DNA of 64,000 nucleotides from Catajapyx aquilonaris. Its lineage: Eukaryota. The DNA lies in contig KZ538577.1 in NCBI GenBank assembly GCA_000934665.2, forward strand, positions 1 to 64,000. The letters are read 5' to 3'. The notes beneath the pieces were generated by a model. The model was not told the DNA's origin. It made no database searches and saw only the letters and a list, made by a program, of their open reading frames with translations. Made by a program: the position numbers and the translations under genes. Position 1 is the first letter of the stretch. Each line of letters starts with the position of its first letter. Positions 36,891-49,273 of this stretch are shown here, in pieces.

Positions 36891-37070
36891 CGCCCACTAG
36901 AGGGCAGTGGCGTCTGGGTGTGAACCTGGTGGTGAGGGCTTTTTTGTAGTCAGTCGTGAGACGGCCTGGCTCCGGGTCTGTCTCTAAACTGTTGTATTAT
37001 TGAACCACGACTCTTAGTGACCTTGCGGAGTTCAGAGCCGAATGACCTGAGGAGGTCAACCCCTCACGAC
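36891..37070 (+). repeat. Dispersed repeat family R (copy 3) starting with a CTCF-like motif
   Basis: Homologous to 7533-7685; CCACTAGAGGGCAG at 36894-36907. Confidence 0.7.
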
Positions 37071-40000
37071 ATAGTCCTAATAAAACCATATAATATTGAA
37101 AAAAGGCCTGGTGTTAGGTTTGCAGAAGACATTGTCGTTAGATATGCGTGAATGACGTTACTCTAACACCATCACACGCAACAACTATTGATATGTACCG
37201 TTTCGTGAATATGTAACGCAACATGCCGGACCTGTCAGACAGCAGTAATACTTTCTTTGGCTAACCTAGTGCCATGCAGTTCATTGACACAGAAATTCAT
37301 TACGTGATAGACGTAATCCGAGTACATGGTCTTAAAACAAATCACATGTCGAGCACAATTCTGACATGACAGGATACGGCATCACGTGAGAGTGCGTCAT
37401 TCTTGCGATGCACGCCACCATCCGAAAAGATTAAGTCACGACCGCGCGCATTTTGGAACAATTATTGGTAATTTGCGCCCCAAAAACGCGTGATAAACAA
37501 ACAGCGGTCGTAAAGTGCGTTGCGAAATAGGCACAAGTGCCTGCCCCATAAAAAGTTGTGCTATCGCCATCTTGATTATAGTTCGCAAATTACACTGCTA
37601 GTAGATCAGTCATTCCGGACACTGTAATTGCCATTAGCCAGTGTGTCCTTAGTCTTTCTTCATATTTATTAGCATGTTCTTGTGTGTACATTGCGTACGT
37701 GCCATTTTTGGTTTAAAAAATATACCATCGACGTCTCTGCGACATGTACGATGGTATATAATCCACGCTTTGTTTAATGGCAATTATTTTAGTTACGAGC
37801 CTGCGAAGGCCAAATGACATCTCTACATAAAGTGATCTACTTGTGCCCAGGAGTTTACCCTAGAAGTTTGTCGCAATCATTATGAACCAGGCCGTATATT
37901 GTAATAACCAGTATAGGCATCAATTTTTCCATCAATATCTGTAACACACGGCATGCAGTGTATGAGTATGTGCTGGACAATATATTAAAAATGGAACCGT
38001 AATTGATGATGACAGGCAGTTGAAATGGCGCAGAAGTAACAAACCCAATGATGAATTCACTTTGTGTCTCCCTGGCTCGTTTGAAAACCTAGCGATGATT
38101 ATCCGGATGTCGGCATCCAAAACCGAGGCCAGCTATGGATGGGTTTTGCCAGCGAAAACCTAACCCAGCTTCCAAGTCTCTCCTCTAATTTCGCTTTGTA
38201 TGTATGAGCAACCATGCGGGAGAAATTGTGTTACTCGTTATGTTTATTTTTCATCATGGTGTCAATTCACATTGGGGAACCGGAATGTTAATGTTTAAAC
38301 GCGTTAGCGCTCAAGTTTTCAGACCTCCCCTAACAAACGAATGCAAAATTAACCCCCTCTCTCCCTTCCGTCCTCAATTACGGTACCGGTACCGAACCAT
38401 TTCAGGGAAACTTCTCGGCTGCAATTGATTCGAGGGGCCTTAGTGCGGAATCGGTTTTGACGTCACCTGGGCTTTAATTGCAGGGCGAGAATTCCCTGCT
38501 AATGACATGCAAATTGTGTGTAGGTATGCGCCTTATCCGTATATGGTATATAAAACATGGCAGTAAACGAACCGGGAATATTTAAAAATGGAAGCCACAA
38601 CAGTCTAATTGCAGTTGGGTCTGAAAAAACCCCGTCGCTTGTTTGCGGAAAGATTTGGCGGCTTGGCAAATATGAAGTGTCTTGGTCGCCTTAGCGCCTG
38701 CACCTCGGTTGTTCCCCTGGGCCTGGGGAAGGAAGCCGCGGAGGGGTATTTTGATACGAGTTTATAATATGCATGTAAATCGGATTCGCCGTTCTAGCCC
38801 CGGATAAGCTGGGTGTGCGCTCCAGAGAGAGATGCAGAGAGAGTCGGTCCCCCGCCAAGCCTTTGCCTAATTACCCCTCCCCAGTGCTTGTTTTGAACAC
38901 AATAGCAGTAGGGTTCCGCAAACGGTAATACCTGCTCTCCATCTTTCTATCATTTCCTTCCCCTGCGACGCCTAATGAGGCTGCAGGCGATAGGAGGCTA
39001 GCTGCTGGAGTGAGCAGAGAGAGGACTACACTATACTGGAGGCCGATAGTATGCCAGACTACACTGCATAATATATTGGTGGGTGTCACAAGTTGGCTGC
39101 CTGGAGGCTACCTTATTTTGAAAAGGCCGCCAGATGGGTATTTTCAAAATGCATCCACCAGGTGTGCTAGTGTGCCTCAGCGACGCGACAGTGGACGCGA
39201 CGCGGCGTGTCTGGACCAATAGTCTTCCAGAAAGTGTAGTGTAGCTATCCGGAAGTTTCCGTAGTCGGCGGCAAAGTTTGTTGGCAATCCAAATAATCAG
39301 ACGCGTGCGCCCCCGCGCGGCCCAGTAGCCGAAAAATAATATTGGCCAAGTATACTTCAAAGGCGGGAATCAAAGAGACCCGGAGACGTTGCATGGGTGA
39401 GGAGGGCTGTTGAGGAGGAGGAAGAAGAAGGGGGTAGAACTAATCCAAACTTCGGGAGCCGGAAAGACTTTAGGGTTGTTAGATTGCTTCATAATTAGTA
39501 TGCAAAATTATTTGCATATTAATTAAGAAAACGTATTTAAAAGAGATGGCTTAGGCAATCCGTTTTGAAACAAGTACACTATCCGACAAGAAGGAAGGCT
39601 ATGAGGTGGGTGGGGTGGGTAGGGGGGAGGTGTGTCAATTGAGGAACAGCAGCAGACGTGTCATCCCTTCCTAATAAAATTACGGCCCAGTGGATTAGGT
39701 CCGGATAAACCGGAGCTCGGGCGTCTTGGGTGGAAATGAAACTTGGGGATTGCGATGCCATGTATATGTCATGTAGGGTTTCAGCTGAAAGCGCTTTTGC
39801 AACAACACTAATGATTCATTTAATAGATCAAGAGTAAGTACTTTGCAAGCAGTTTCATTTAAGTTGCGCCAGACTCGGAAAATATTATGCTTCGTTGGCG
39901 TAACTTTGGTAATATGCGGTGCACTATTCAGATACAAACTCTGTCGCATATTATTTGAAAATAATAAATGGCTCGTTTTTTGTGCCGCCTTCGCATCCAA

Positions 40001-41654
40001 ATTGAACCTTTTCTGAAAAAGAATGCTGTCTGGCGGAAACAATAAAAGGCATTTCTGAAAGATCGTGGAGGTGTCTGCAGCATTGTTTCAGAGTGCCCTG
40101 GACATAATGGAAACGTCAGGTGGATGTGCAAGAGCAATCCTGCAATCTTCCCATTTGGGCATCACCACCCATGGCTTGGAACCTCGGCGTTTCCCACACT
40201 CCAGAGGGCAAGACCGTAGAAAAATTTCTCCCCCGGATAAATCACTTATTTATTACGTCCCGACTCTTTAATCCTGCTGCGGACACTTATTGGTTGGCAC
40301 CCCCTACGGTGTCTTGGAAATCCTATTCCAACAGGCCAACTGCTCTGCCTTTTCTTATATATGTATCTCTTCCTCACCTGCCCGCTGGCCATTGACCGCT
40401 GGTCATCCATCATGTTCTTACTTGCGTTTGTGGTGGGGGTGGGGGGTGGTGTTTTTTTGCCTCTTGGCTAGGGGGAGAAATGTCTATCACAGTGGGCAAG
40501 GGAGGCGGGGCCCCGCCTGTGCCACACGGCTTCAAATCTCATTTACTGCCCCGCGAAATTGAAACGCCCGTTGCGGAAATGGAGGGTGAGGGAGCGGGGA
40601 GGGAATGATTTTTTGGGGAGAAATAAGTGAAGGTTGGGTGGGGCCAAGTGCGAGAAGTTGAGCCATACTGGACATGTCCTAATTGTTCCTGCAAGTACAG
40701 ATTTTCCCACCCAACAATCTGGCTGTGGTGTACGACTCTTTGTTGCGACTGATAATTACTCATGCACGGATGCAGATGGGGCAGCTTATTAGCAGCTTCC
40801 ATCCTTTAAACTTGTTCTCTGAATATTCACCCCCCAGTTCCTCCTACCCTCTCCCTCCCTCAACTTTTCAGCTATAGATACGACAAGATTAATGGCTGAG
40901 ATATATCCCGGAGCGTTTCATAAGACTAATTGTTTATTTTGACATCAGTTAGCTGGTGGCATTTGCAGGAAGAGGTGAAACATGATCACCGCTTCCTGTT
41001 CCACTTTCCGTGTTGAACTGTTGGAAGAAGAAGAGGAGGCACAGGCTACAAGAATAGAGATGGTCCCTGAGGAGATGAATCTGGTATATCGGAGAGAGTC
41101 CATTTGGATGCCGAGGAAATGGGTGGTGCGCACTGCTTCCGGACTCTTTCGGGGCGAGAATCCCTGATTAAAGCGGCGGTTTTTGCGACATAGATAGTCT
41201 CCAATCTGTCACGGAGAGGATGGAAAAGCTGGGGAGGGAGAGAAGACCCAGATAAAAAACCAAAGTAAAGGCTGCAGAGATGAAGCCATAAATAATCCGG
41301 GGCCAGGAATGTTCTCTATATAGCCTTATGGGGGGGGGGGGGGGTGCTGGCTGGCTGGCTATAGCCAAACGGTTTTAAGTGTGCGGCTAGAGAAGGGAAT
41401 TTCGCGATTTATGGCTTTGCTGCCGCCCATTTTTGTTGCCAAAGATGTTTCGGTCTTTGCAGCTCAATAGCCTTGGCTGCCCTCGTCTTCCTTTCCAGGA
41501 TTCGCTGCCCGATATCAAGTTCAGAGCACTGAATCACGTGGTCTAGGTATAAACCGTCGTTGTAACTGGACTTAATTCAGCTCATCCCGTACCAAATGCG
41601 TGATGTATCAGGGTGTTTTTAACTAAAATGTCACGATTAGTCCACCAGTGTATA

Positions 41655-41971
41655 TGTTTCAACTTTTTTGACCGAACAGTTATCGGAAAATTGCACGTAG
41701 CTGCTACTTTGTAAGCAGTGACTTGCAACCGGTGATTTGTCGGAGGAATGGGTAATGGGGAAAAAGAGTGTCACACATCCCATGGCATGTGAGACCCTCT
41801 TTTTTCCAGCTTGACCCTCAATTTTCAGCGGGCAGCACGTATGCCACTTCAACCTACGATTCGCAGGGAATATTCCCCGTTCCTCCGAAAAATCACCGTT
41901 TGAAAGTCACTGCTTAAAAAGTAGCTGCAATTTTCCGATAACTGTTCGGACAAAAAAGTTGAAACACCCTG
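41655..41971. mobile_element. Tc1/mariner-type MITE (family M2, uninterrupted copy)
   Basis: TGTTTCAACTTTTTTGACCGAACAGTTATCGGAAAATTGCA...TGCAATTTTCCGATAACTGTTCGGACAAAAAAGTTGAAACACCCTG|TA; the left tip may lie at CAGGGTG 41609. Confidence 0.85.
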
Positions 41972-44026
41972 TATATTTCGCTGCCCAAATCGAGTGTAAA
42001 ATCTAAAATGTAGAATCACCGACCAGAATCGTTTGAATTCCCCTACAGATAGGGTCTATGTGCCACTTAGAATTAGAAAGATAGCCATAATTAATTTGGT
42101 TTATTGCCATTCCCCACTTTCATAATCTCTGGACTTTTTACTTCGCCTAATGTGCTCGCAACTTAAATAAGGGCATGGTCACACTCCCTATACAACTGGA
42201 AAAGGTACGGTCGTGTGGAAGGTAGCATACCTGCCAGGATACTTGATCTAGCTCGTATGTTGGAGGCGAATTTTATAGGTAACGAGCCTGCTCAGAACAA
42301 ATGGCATAAACAGTATAAGACATAAATATCCTAGAACGTCGTCGGAATCATTGTGACTAACCCTGCTAAAAGAATCCCTCATTCAGGTACGACACTCAGA
42401 CCACCCTTATAAAACAATATCATATCATAAAATTTGTGTAACTGTTCTTAACAACAATATTCCAACACAATGCACGCGAAAACCTATATCAAAAGGAATT
42501 ATTATTAACCTTATACCTTATAGATTTTTTCTTATGATCCTTATTTGTCATTCGGTGCAGACTTTCATGGGCAGTCGTCAAAGGGGGCTGAGTCGTTACG
42601 AGACCGTCTGCATGATCACCACAACTGCCTACATGAAGCTGATCTGATACTAGCACTTTGGAACACTCCCGCGCTGGAGATTCCCTTGTGGGTAAATACA
42701 AGCACTACAGAGGAAAATTAAGGAGATATTGATCGAATAATTATACTCTTCGCACATTAAATTTTATATCTTTTTGATACACAATGAATTTATCATGTTA
42801 GATTATTTACTCCCTGATCACGTCCGTTCGGCACTCTGGGCACGTGAAGAGTGTCGTCACTTGAATGGCGCCAATACGTTGCTCGCAACGAATTCTTGAA
42901 AGAAAGTGCAATCAGTAAGCGTATATTCAGTCAATAAGCGTATACAATCAATAAGGCATGAATACCTTGCGTGTATGATTCCACAGCTAGATAATAATCA
43001 AAGTATTGCGAATATTTACCCTTCGGCTGGATTGATAAACAAGTGCGGTGACTAAGTCAATACAAAAGGGACAGATCTAATCTCTCTCGTCTGGACGGGG
43101 GTCAAGGGCCCTGTTAGAAGAAATGCAGCGGGTTTTATTACGAGAAAGTTGACATTAATATGTCAATATATTTCCACCACCCCCAAGAAAGAAAATACAC
43201 ATGATGGCAGACTGCCTATGAGAAACAGAAGCCTTCGACACACACCTCCTTGCACACCTCTCTCTATATTTGTAACCCCGTTTGAGCAAAGAGGCAATGA
43301 AGTCGAAAGAGTTGCCAAGGAAAGTCATGCAAGTGCAACACGTTTAAGCGGCAGTTAGTGCTTCTTGACTAATTACCTGGGTTTCGGCGAAGGTGGTTCA
43401 TCGTGTATTACGAGGGCGCAGTACATAGCAAACATACGGTAGAACGTATTCCGCAGGGAATTTAATTTTTTGTGGCGAAACGCGTCGTTAATCCGGAAAA
43501 ACACGATGTAGGTGCCCTGCGTAAAGGTTTGGCCTTTACAATGGTACCATACCCGACATGATTGCATTAAACGACGAGTGTCCGATTTTATCGCGATTTA
43601 TATTCTCCATGTTATTCAAATGGACTTTTCGGAAATTCAATTTCCTATTACTTCACCTTAGCCGTAAAGGTCATTTCTAGGCTGAAAACGGGAAAAAGAC
43701 GAAGTAGGTTCCATGCGCCAGATCGTCTACTATTTTTTGATGCAATTTCTGTCTCTATTGAACAATTTTTGAAGCCATATGGATGCAGAAGCGTACAGAC
43801 ATGTCGAATCCTGCTCTGCTGCATACATACGAGTATACCTCGTAAACAAGTTTGTTGGGGTCGTCTTCAGGGGCGCTAATTGTCGCAAGAGAGACACGAA
43901 GCTACAACGCAAGTGCATAAAGTGGGCTTCACACAGTCGATCCGACTCCGACTCGGACCGGATTCGACCATCGAACCTATACTGTGTAAATGGCATTCCG
44001 TGTCAATAAATCGCTGAGTAACCAGA

Positions 44027-44149
44027 GTAACCAGTATTGTTTGCGGCGAAAATCGATTGTTACTTTCACCTCAAACAATATTGGTTACTTCTCTCGGCGA
44101 AGACTTCGCTCCACTTCGCTTGTCAAATCGCTCACATGTAAACGCACCT
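44027..44149. mobile_element. Partial PIF/Harbinger-type MITE related to 23953-24109
   Basis: cctcaaacaatattggtta...ctcggcgaaga.ttcgct...gtcaaatcgctcacatgtaaacgcacct|tta. Confidence 0.7.
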
Positions 44150-45146
44150 TTATAATGATTCGTCCCCCCNCCCCCCCCTACGCCCCATTGCTGGAGGTGT
44201 CAAATTGGGCAGTCCACCATCTTGCACCTATCCTCCGCTGCTAAGTTCATTCCCTAAGAAAATGCTGAACATTTAAAACTTTTCTTTATACAAGTAGTAA
44301 TTTGACAAGTCCCTTGTAGTGTACATTGAGTAGAAGCAAAGAATTGTAATAATTTGAGCAATAAAGGCTTACTTTGGTTTACGGAGGCTCAAGTGTAGCG
44401 GAAATGAAATCCTTCTAGACTAAAACTTTCTGGGAATGGTATTTCCAAGCCCTTGTGGCTGCAACCCCCCGCCGAAGCTTTTACAAAATGACGTATACCC
44501 CCGTGTAGGAGGTAAGATTAAACGAGCACTTATTATTGCATTTCCAACAATAGTTGCGGGCAAAGAGTTTTAATGGACGGGACTCGGGAGCCCGTATGTA
44601 TTAGGATGTATTTGTGATATTAATTGCCCATTTAGGGAAGATTTATGCACGTCATAAAGCTCAGCCTTCGGGTTAAGAGATATCCCCACTCCGTTTCCCA
44701 TTTAAGACAAGAGGGATTATTCAAAATGATTCACTTTATTGCCCCGCGTACGACTGCGGTACGGTTTCAGCTGCGAAAGGAAGACGGGGAGAATTTACAC
44801 TCTAATATCTTTCCGGCATTTTGCACACTCTTCCCTAGCATCTGCCTCAGCTCTTTTGCATTCTACTTTGCACCCCTTGCAATTCAATGCGGAATATTAC
44901 TCCCTCTCTGCCGGTTATTCCTTCCTGTCTAAACATTTTTCAAGACCTTTTCATTAAAATGATGCTTTCAAATAGTAGCCTACACATCGTGGGTACACAG
45001 GAAAATTACAAGTCCAAAAAACTAGTTTCGTGATAAAACCTTACACTTGCATGCTAAATGCAGAAAATCCCGATTTGCTAGCTCGTTGTGACTCTTTAGA
45101 ACTAAATGGCTTTCACCAGGCGATAGAGCAGAAAAAATTTTACTTA

Positions 45147-45740
45147 CAAGGGAAGTGTAACTGTTGTCCGTGGAGTTTCGGAGGGAAACTTGGCACAATA
45201 ATATAGGCAGGTAAGTTATTTTTTTAAATTCAAGCAATTTAGGCGAATTCCCACAAGGTCAAAAGTTATGACCTCTCGAACTCACAAGGGACACTTTCCA
45301 AGGTCTCGCAAATTTTCTTGAAATTCGGTACATTGGTAGGCCACCCCAAGGGATTAAAAACGCACCTAAAGTGACCTGCTCAAAATGACCCGGTGACCCC
45401 GTTTTGTGGGGCAGAGGTCAAGTCTTAAATGCCGAAAACTCACCCATTTTATTGAAATTCGGTGCATTGGTAGCCCCCAAAAAGGAGTCACCGGGTCATT
45501 TTGAGCAAGTCACTTTAGGTGCGTTTTTCATCGATTGGGTTGGCATACCAATGTACCGAATTTCAAGAAAATCGAGGAGACCTTGGAAAGTGTCCCTTGT
45601 GAGTTCGAAAGGCCATAACATTTGACCTTGTGGGCATTTGCCTAAATTGTTTGCATTTTCTTTAATAACTTACCTGCCTATATTATTGTGCCAAGTTTCG
45701 TCATTCAGAAACTCCACGGACAACACTTACACTTCCCTTG
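45147..45740. mobile_element. 594-bp fold-back element with TTA flanks (superfamily uncertain)
   Basis: TTA|CAAGGGAAGTGTAA...TTACACTTCCCTTG|TTA; ~250-bp inverted arms. Confidence 0.88.
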
Positions 45741-48700
45741 TTAGCAGTATAAATATCTAAAAACCACCTAAATTGGACTCGGGTATTTTATTGTATTACT
45801 GCATTACAGTACTGTACATACGTAGGACGCATTATGAGAATGACACTATGAATTCCAGAAGCAACATGGAGCCATTTTTTCCTGATCCGTCGATTTCCCC
45901 TTAACCTGAAATGCTGCGAATGTAATAACCAAATATGCGCTGAAGCTCTCTCCCTGTCGTAGGAAGGTGGTTGAAAGTTAATGAAGAGAACAATGTCCTG
46001 TTCCAGTGAGTCCCTAATCAAAGTTGGAGGGGGGGTGGTAGGGGAGGAGGGGGAGGGCGGTTGGCGTACTCTTTGATGTGATGGATGCCAAGTGGATTCT
46101 GCAGATGGATAATTTAATTGTACTTTCAATATCATTGCGCGAGTGGCATGCAGTCGGGGGCCTCTGGCCAAGTTATGCCAAGGGGGCCTTTTGCTTTGTT
46201 CGCTAATCACTCAAACTCAGTGCGGGCCTAATTCTTCTGCCAATTGTGCCCTCCAACAAGACTTCAAAGGATTCCCCGCTTCGGGTTGAAATGCTGTTCT
46301 GTTATGTCTTTCTTAACCAACTCTGTTTCCTCCACGTGAAAACACGCAGTCATGAATGAAGTTAACAAGAAGTGACTAACGTTATATTGAAAGGGCGGTC
46401 TACCCTTTTCCCTTCCTTTCTGCCTACTAATATAATATCACCCTAGTCCTATAGCAGGCATAATGCCAGAGTGTAGCAGGAGAGTGTCATTTTCAAAGCC
46501 CTCTCCAACTCATTTTTCGCCCGACAATTTTGTGGCCGATGAAACACTGTTTGCTTCAATATTATTTTACAGTCAATTTTATGCTGCTGATGTAACTTGC
46601 GGTTTTGAGTCTGTACACAACAGCTGGAGAATATGATGGGCGATTGTGTACGTGGTTCTAGAGTCAATTGTTTATTTCAAAAGATGAGATTGATTTATTT
46701 TTTGGAAGGTCTCGTACTTGGAAAATGTTTTGAAAATTGATGTTTGCATCTGTTATGGTATTTATTTACATAAATATTTCTTAACCTATAAAAAAGGACT
46801 GTGGCAAGCAAAGACCTGCTATGATGTTAGGTTCTGCTTTTACTTCACACAAAATTATTTACCTAATAGCAATCATATACGCATATATTTTTAAGTGATT
46901 ATTAAGCTGGGGGCCAATCACTGTCGCTTAACATGCCAAATGCTATACTTAAGTGGCCAATCACTGTACTTTTTGGACGAGTTTAAACCTCGGTTTAAGC
47001 GTAACTTTTATATTGTGTTCAGAAGGCTAGAGTAATGTAATTAACAGTTTAAAATTATTGCTTAATTAGTGGCTTTATAAAATAATTGCCTACTTCCGTA
47101 GATATGTAATGTCTCAAAACATCACATATGGAAATTTCCCTAAAGTGGCCAACAACCACATAATTTCCAAGACACCAAAGGATTCACTATACAGGAACGT
47201 TTTTGGCGTGAACTGCCACAATATTAATCGCAGCAGTCGCATAAAAATTAGTAAAATTAATTAAGACACTACTGTGGGATTAAAATGTTCCATCTTTTTG
47301 ATATTTTCACATTAGTTACTGCTTAGATAGCATCGATATGTAAAATAGCTTTCAAAAATGTCGAGCTATCTTAATGTAGTTTTTCGTGGTTCGTCTGGAA
47401 TCAGATCCTCGATTCGAATGAATTGGAACTCTGCCTGTTCATCACTACTAAAACTCTGGCTTCATCCTATTTTTATTGCTAGGATGCGAAGCAGGGCTGC
47501 CTAGACATACTGCACCACCACGTGGTCCTAAAATCAGATGTCCCCTGCATCGCCTGTGATCCAAAGGGCCATCAGGACCTGATCAGGGCTGTTGCAGCTG
47601 CCACATCCTTCCTGTTTATTGTTACAGAATATGAACTTGTTAATGAGGCCGCAATGGCAATAATGCTCTTCAACAATGTCGACAATGAAACTCGCAAAAA
47701 AAAATTATACCGAATATGGTGCAGTGAAGTGGTTAGCATGAAAGACTCGCTCCTCATCGAATCCGACCTGTGATATTAAATTCACAATGTAACTACCCTG
47801 CTGCGCTGGCATCGCTTGTTTGTTATCAAACTGACGTCACCTGCAATAATAACATCCCCTTGCAACATGTGTAATTACACCGGTTTTAAAAGCTCGATCA
47901 ATTGACGGTATTGCACCTATTAATTAAGCATAAAGAACGATTAGTGCAGGAACCTGGCAATTGGGCAAATTTTCCTCTCACTCTGTCGGACAAGTCACAA
48001 TTACAGTTCTGTCTCTCTCCACCGCTGTTTCTAAACCAGTGCATTTATCATGCTGTCACACAGAGCCGGGCTCCAAAACTATTCACCCCCGAACAAAACC
48101 CCACAATTAAAAGCCCATGGCACACACAAAAAATATGATCAGAATCGCTCGGTTTTTTTTTTCCAAAGAACTCCCATTTTCAGAATTAATAGGCAGCATT
48201 TTTGGAGGGACCAGGAAACAGAACCGCCAATAATGTACCCCCCCTCACCTCCCTCTCTTCCTTCCTTAGTCATTATATAAAAGGCTGCTCCATTTCTGCT
48301 ACCCACATTGCAACAGATTGACTTAACTACGTCCCTCGACGTTGATTTATCCTTGATTTGCCTCAACATTCCATTTTGTACGGCTGCGAGGAAAGGTTCC
48401 GCTTTAATCTTCCCAGCCCGCAACATAATTTCGATTTAAATGAACATCCTTTTCTTCGGTGCGCCAGCAAAAGGGCGCGGCCTGCTGCCGATCTATATAA
48501 TACACTCCCGTGCCAAGGAACCTTAGAAGAGGAGGGAGGAGGGAGTGTTGGTGGTGGGGAGAGGAGAAGATTAATCGAAGGGAATCATCAGGGGAATGTC
48601 CTGCTTGTCTCCCCCATCCTTCCCCCCCCCCCACTCCCCACCCAGCACCCTTTCCATTTTCTCAAATTTCACGCAGGGAAGTTGCTCCATATTGAAGGCA

Positions 48701-48937
48701 ACCAGTTTTTGCACCGGTTGCAAGAGTCAGATTAATTGTGTATTTTAATCTCGAGATGGACAGTGGAATTGAAAGTGGGGAGAGGGGAGAACCCGAAAGC
48801 TGAGGGGGGGTTCAAATTTCCTGTTCTAATTTGTTCAGCAGAATTTTGGGGGATGAATCAACTGAATCAATAATTTGTACAGTCATTTTTGTACGATTTG
48901 TACCTCAAATGTATGTTACAGGAAGTGCAAAAATATT

Positions 48938-49211
48938 ACCGAAGCAGTTTGGAGGAGGGGATATGGTGTCCGACTGCTAATGGGGAGGTCCTGGGATCAA
49001 ATCTCAGGGCCGGCAACTCTGACCGTGGTTTTCTGTGGTTTCGCACGGTCCTTCCAGAAAAATTCCGGAGTTGCTTCCGTAATTAATAGGCCACAGCCGC
49101 TTCCTTCCGTCCCTTTCCTATCCCAAAGAGCACAGTAAAATGAAAGCAAAGAGTTCCAGGCAAAAACAAACATCCCCCCCTAAAGAGCCGATGGCTGATA
49201 ACGGGGTATGA

Positions 49212-49271
<60 letters not shown>
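48938..49271 (+). mobile_element. tRNA-derived SINE (head A, (ATT)n tail)
   Basis: Closely similar to 11522; perfect 15-bp TSD AAGTGCAAAAATATT at 48923-48937 and 49272-49286. Confidence 0.92.
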
Positions 49272-49273
<2 letters not shown>

